In this document: positions 61,714-64,000 of the stretch, piece by piece | How the letters are laid out: each line of letters opens with the position of its first letter | How positions within the stretch are numbered: position 1 is the stretch's first letter | Source: Macrostomum hystrix | Lineage: Eukaryota > Animalia > Platyhelminthes | NCBI GenBank assembly: GCA_950097015.1 | Contig: CATNEN010000037.1 | Span: forward strand, 1,984,001-2,048,000 | DNA length: 64,000 bases | Reading direction: 5' to 3' | Made by a program: the position numbers and the translations under genes | The notes under the pieces: generated by a model | Seen by the model: only the letters and a program-made list of their open reading frames with translations | What the model was told of the DNA's origin: nothing | The model's database searches: none

Positions 61714-62686
61714 GTGAGTATCTGAGACACCACCCTGTTTACTAATGCTGTCTAAATGCTGTCTAAATGCAATTGCTAGTCTATTGTCTGTTGTAGGACA
61801 ATAGAATAGCTTTGTACGGTCTGTGCTCATTGTGCGGTTAAACTCAATAACCGCAGTCGCTATATTTATATTTACTTCTGCGTTCCCTGCTCTCTCTATG
61901 TATAGCATTTGACTCTAAGGACATTGTTGATTTGGGGATTTGGGGGTTAGAGAAAGCTGTGTGCGTGTGTGCTCAATTTGTTACTACAGCTACTCATTCA
62001 ATCTACCGCATTGCTGTACGCAATTCCAGCAAGAGCTTATCTTATCTCGTATCAATGCTATATTTTGCTTGCTCAATGGGTATGTGAGTGTGCGTGTTTG
62101 TGTGTGTTTAAAGCTAAACTAAACTATACAGACGTGTACAGTGTCGACTGTCCTCTGCTATATGTTTTAACTCTGCTTAATTTTCGAGCATTCATTCTCT
62201 TCCGCGAATGTACACAAAGCCGCGGCAGGTTTGCCGACTTATTTATGCAGCTGAAGAGAGTTGAACACAGTAGACACAAGGAGAGAAAATTCACCAACGC
62301 GTATTGGGGTGGGTTGAAAGGGCTGTGTTGTGTTCGGCCTGTCGGCTAGATTTGAAACGTAATTCTGCTGTTTCCGAGTCTTAGCTAGCTCTGTCTCAGC
62401 CTCTGTCTCTCTCACTCACTCACTCCAACTCTCAGCCTTTGTGTGCGTGTGCTGACTGGCCCGCCTTAACTCTTGGGTGCGACCAGGCCGCCAGCAACTG
62501 CGGGACTTCGCTTTTCTAATGCGTAGCTTAATATGGCTAATATGGCTAGTATGGCTAATATGGCTGCAGCAACAGGCTGTGTCTGAGTGCCCTCCGTCTG
62601 TTAGCTGGCGGATGTCTGACTGTCTATCTATCTATCTATCTATTCTATTATATTCTATTAGAATATATTCTATTCTATTCTATTCT

Positions 62687-62920
62687 GAGGTTGTAGCCTA
62701 GTGTGAGGTTGTAGCCTAGTGGTTAGGGCGTCGGACTCACGACTTGAAGGTCGGGGTTCGATTCCCGACTCCACTGGAACAGTTTGTGTCCTTTAGCAAG
62801 ACACTTAATTCTGTATTGCTTTAGTTCTCCCAGCATCAGCTGGGATAATTGAAGGTGGGTGTTCTATTCTATTCTATTCTATTCTATTCTATTCTATTCT
62901 ATTCTATTCTATTCTATTCT
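62687..62920 (+). mobile_element. tRNA-derived SINE with CORE-like body and (TTCTA)n tail
   Basis: A-box TAGCCTAGTGG, B-box GGTTCGATTCC, body GTGTCCTTTAGCAAGACACTTAA and about 12 TTCTA repeats. The first 18 nt of the head are duplicated (62687 and 62705). Confidence 0.82.
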
Positions 62921-63469
62921 GTTCAGACTATTACGTGCATCTAGCTGTGGTCTACTATACTAGGAGGAGTAGGAAGCCATAGTCGAGTCTAAACTATGGT
63001 ATTAGTCAGACGGCCCCACAGAAATTAATACTGGCATGGCCGCGCACATGTAAATGAAGCAGTGTACAATTATTGTGCGCTCGTGTGGTCCCCGCTCTAG
63101 TGACTCATTTGACTGTGTTCTCAGCCCTTGTTTGCTATCCGCGCGTGGGTCTAATTCATTTACTAGTAGGGCTCATATCTTATAATTTTACTGAATCTGC
63201 TTTAGATACGCTAGAATCCTAGATTGCAAGTGACTCGTAAAATCTTTGAAAAATAAAGATTGCGAAACTGCGTATTATTTACTGCGAAATTAGCTCGTGT
63301 ATTGCATGAACTGGCTGTGAAAAATAAAAAAGTAGTTTTTTTTGTTATTAGACTGCACACCAGAGATTTCAGAACAGACGATGTCACTGCATGCATCCTA
63401 AAATGGCTGGCTCTCCTTAACATTAGATCAAATATACATAATTCTTAGAAGCCAAAGAATGACAATCTT

Positions 63470-64000
63470 TAGATTCCGAAATGGCAGTTCTTAGACGCCG
63501 AAATGGCAATCCTTATCTATTTATAGAAGCCGAAATGGCAATCCTTAGCTAGAAGCCGAAGTGGCAATCCTTAGCTAGAAGCCGAAATGGCAATCCTTAG
63601 CTAGAAGCCGAAGTGGCAATCCTTAGCTAGAAGCCAAGTGGCAATCCTTAGCTAGAAGCCAAGTGGCAATCCTTAGCTAGAAGCCAAGTGGCAATCCTTA
63701 GCTAGAAGCCAAGTGGCAATCCTTAGCTAGAAGCCAAGTGGCAATCCTTAGCTAGAAGCCAAGTGGCAATCCTTAGCTAGAAGCCGAAGTGGCAATCCTT
63801 AGCTAGAAGCCAAGTGGCAATCCTTAGCTAGAAGCCAAGTGGCAATCCTTAGCTAGAAGCCAAGTGGCAATCCTTAGCTAGAAGCCGAAGTGGCAATCCT
63901 TAGCTAGAAGCCAAGTGGCAATCCTTAGCTAGAGGCCGAAATGGCAATCCTTAGCTAGAAGCCAAGTGGCAATCCTTAGCTAGAAGCCAAATGCCAATCC
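63470..64000. repeat. 25/26-bp minisatellite (TGGCAATCCTTAGCTAGAAGCCAAG), running to the window end
   Basis: Direct tandem copies. Confidence 0.95.

Noticed and set aside
62705-62776. tRNA-Val(CAC)-like gene
   Set aside because: The acceptor stem cannot pair (GAGGTTG versus CTCCACT), the anticodon and T stems are mismatched, and it continues into a SINE body and tail.

Overview
Eukaryotic (metazoan) genomic DNA, not prokaryotic. GC-rich, Gln/Ala-rich exons sit between AT-rich introns and spacers packed with locus-specific minisatellites. This style resembles a free-living flatworm such as Macrostomum, but that assignment is inference only. I reconstructed 11 protein-coding genes, all on the + strand: a divergent GLI/GLIS/ZIC-like zinc-finger gene (2 exons), an R7-family RGS (RGS7/EGL-10-like), MCM6 (7 exons), MED22, a 654-aa low-complexity protein, katanin p60, a divergent PIP5K-family protein, an uncharacterised protein with four tandem repeat domains (4 exons), TAB1 (4 exons), TDRKH/Papi (2 exons) and the 5' end of a band-4.1-type FERM gene. 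Also present are two decayed mariner elements of different families, two copies of a tRNA-headed CORE-like SINE and about 20 distinct tandem-repeat arrays. Top leads: (1) uniform gene orientation with splice-acceptor-like sites just upstream of several start codons, suggesting SL trans-splicing or operons; (2) a probable PIP5K pseudokinase (catalytic MDYSL to TNYSL); (3) the four-repeat orphan protein; (4) an intronic array in TAB1 whose units each resemble a 3-nt microexon (CAG|ACT|GTGAGT); (5) a frame break in TDRKH exon 2 and a possible one in TAB1 exon 2. No prokaryotic-type system and no CRISPR array is supported.
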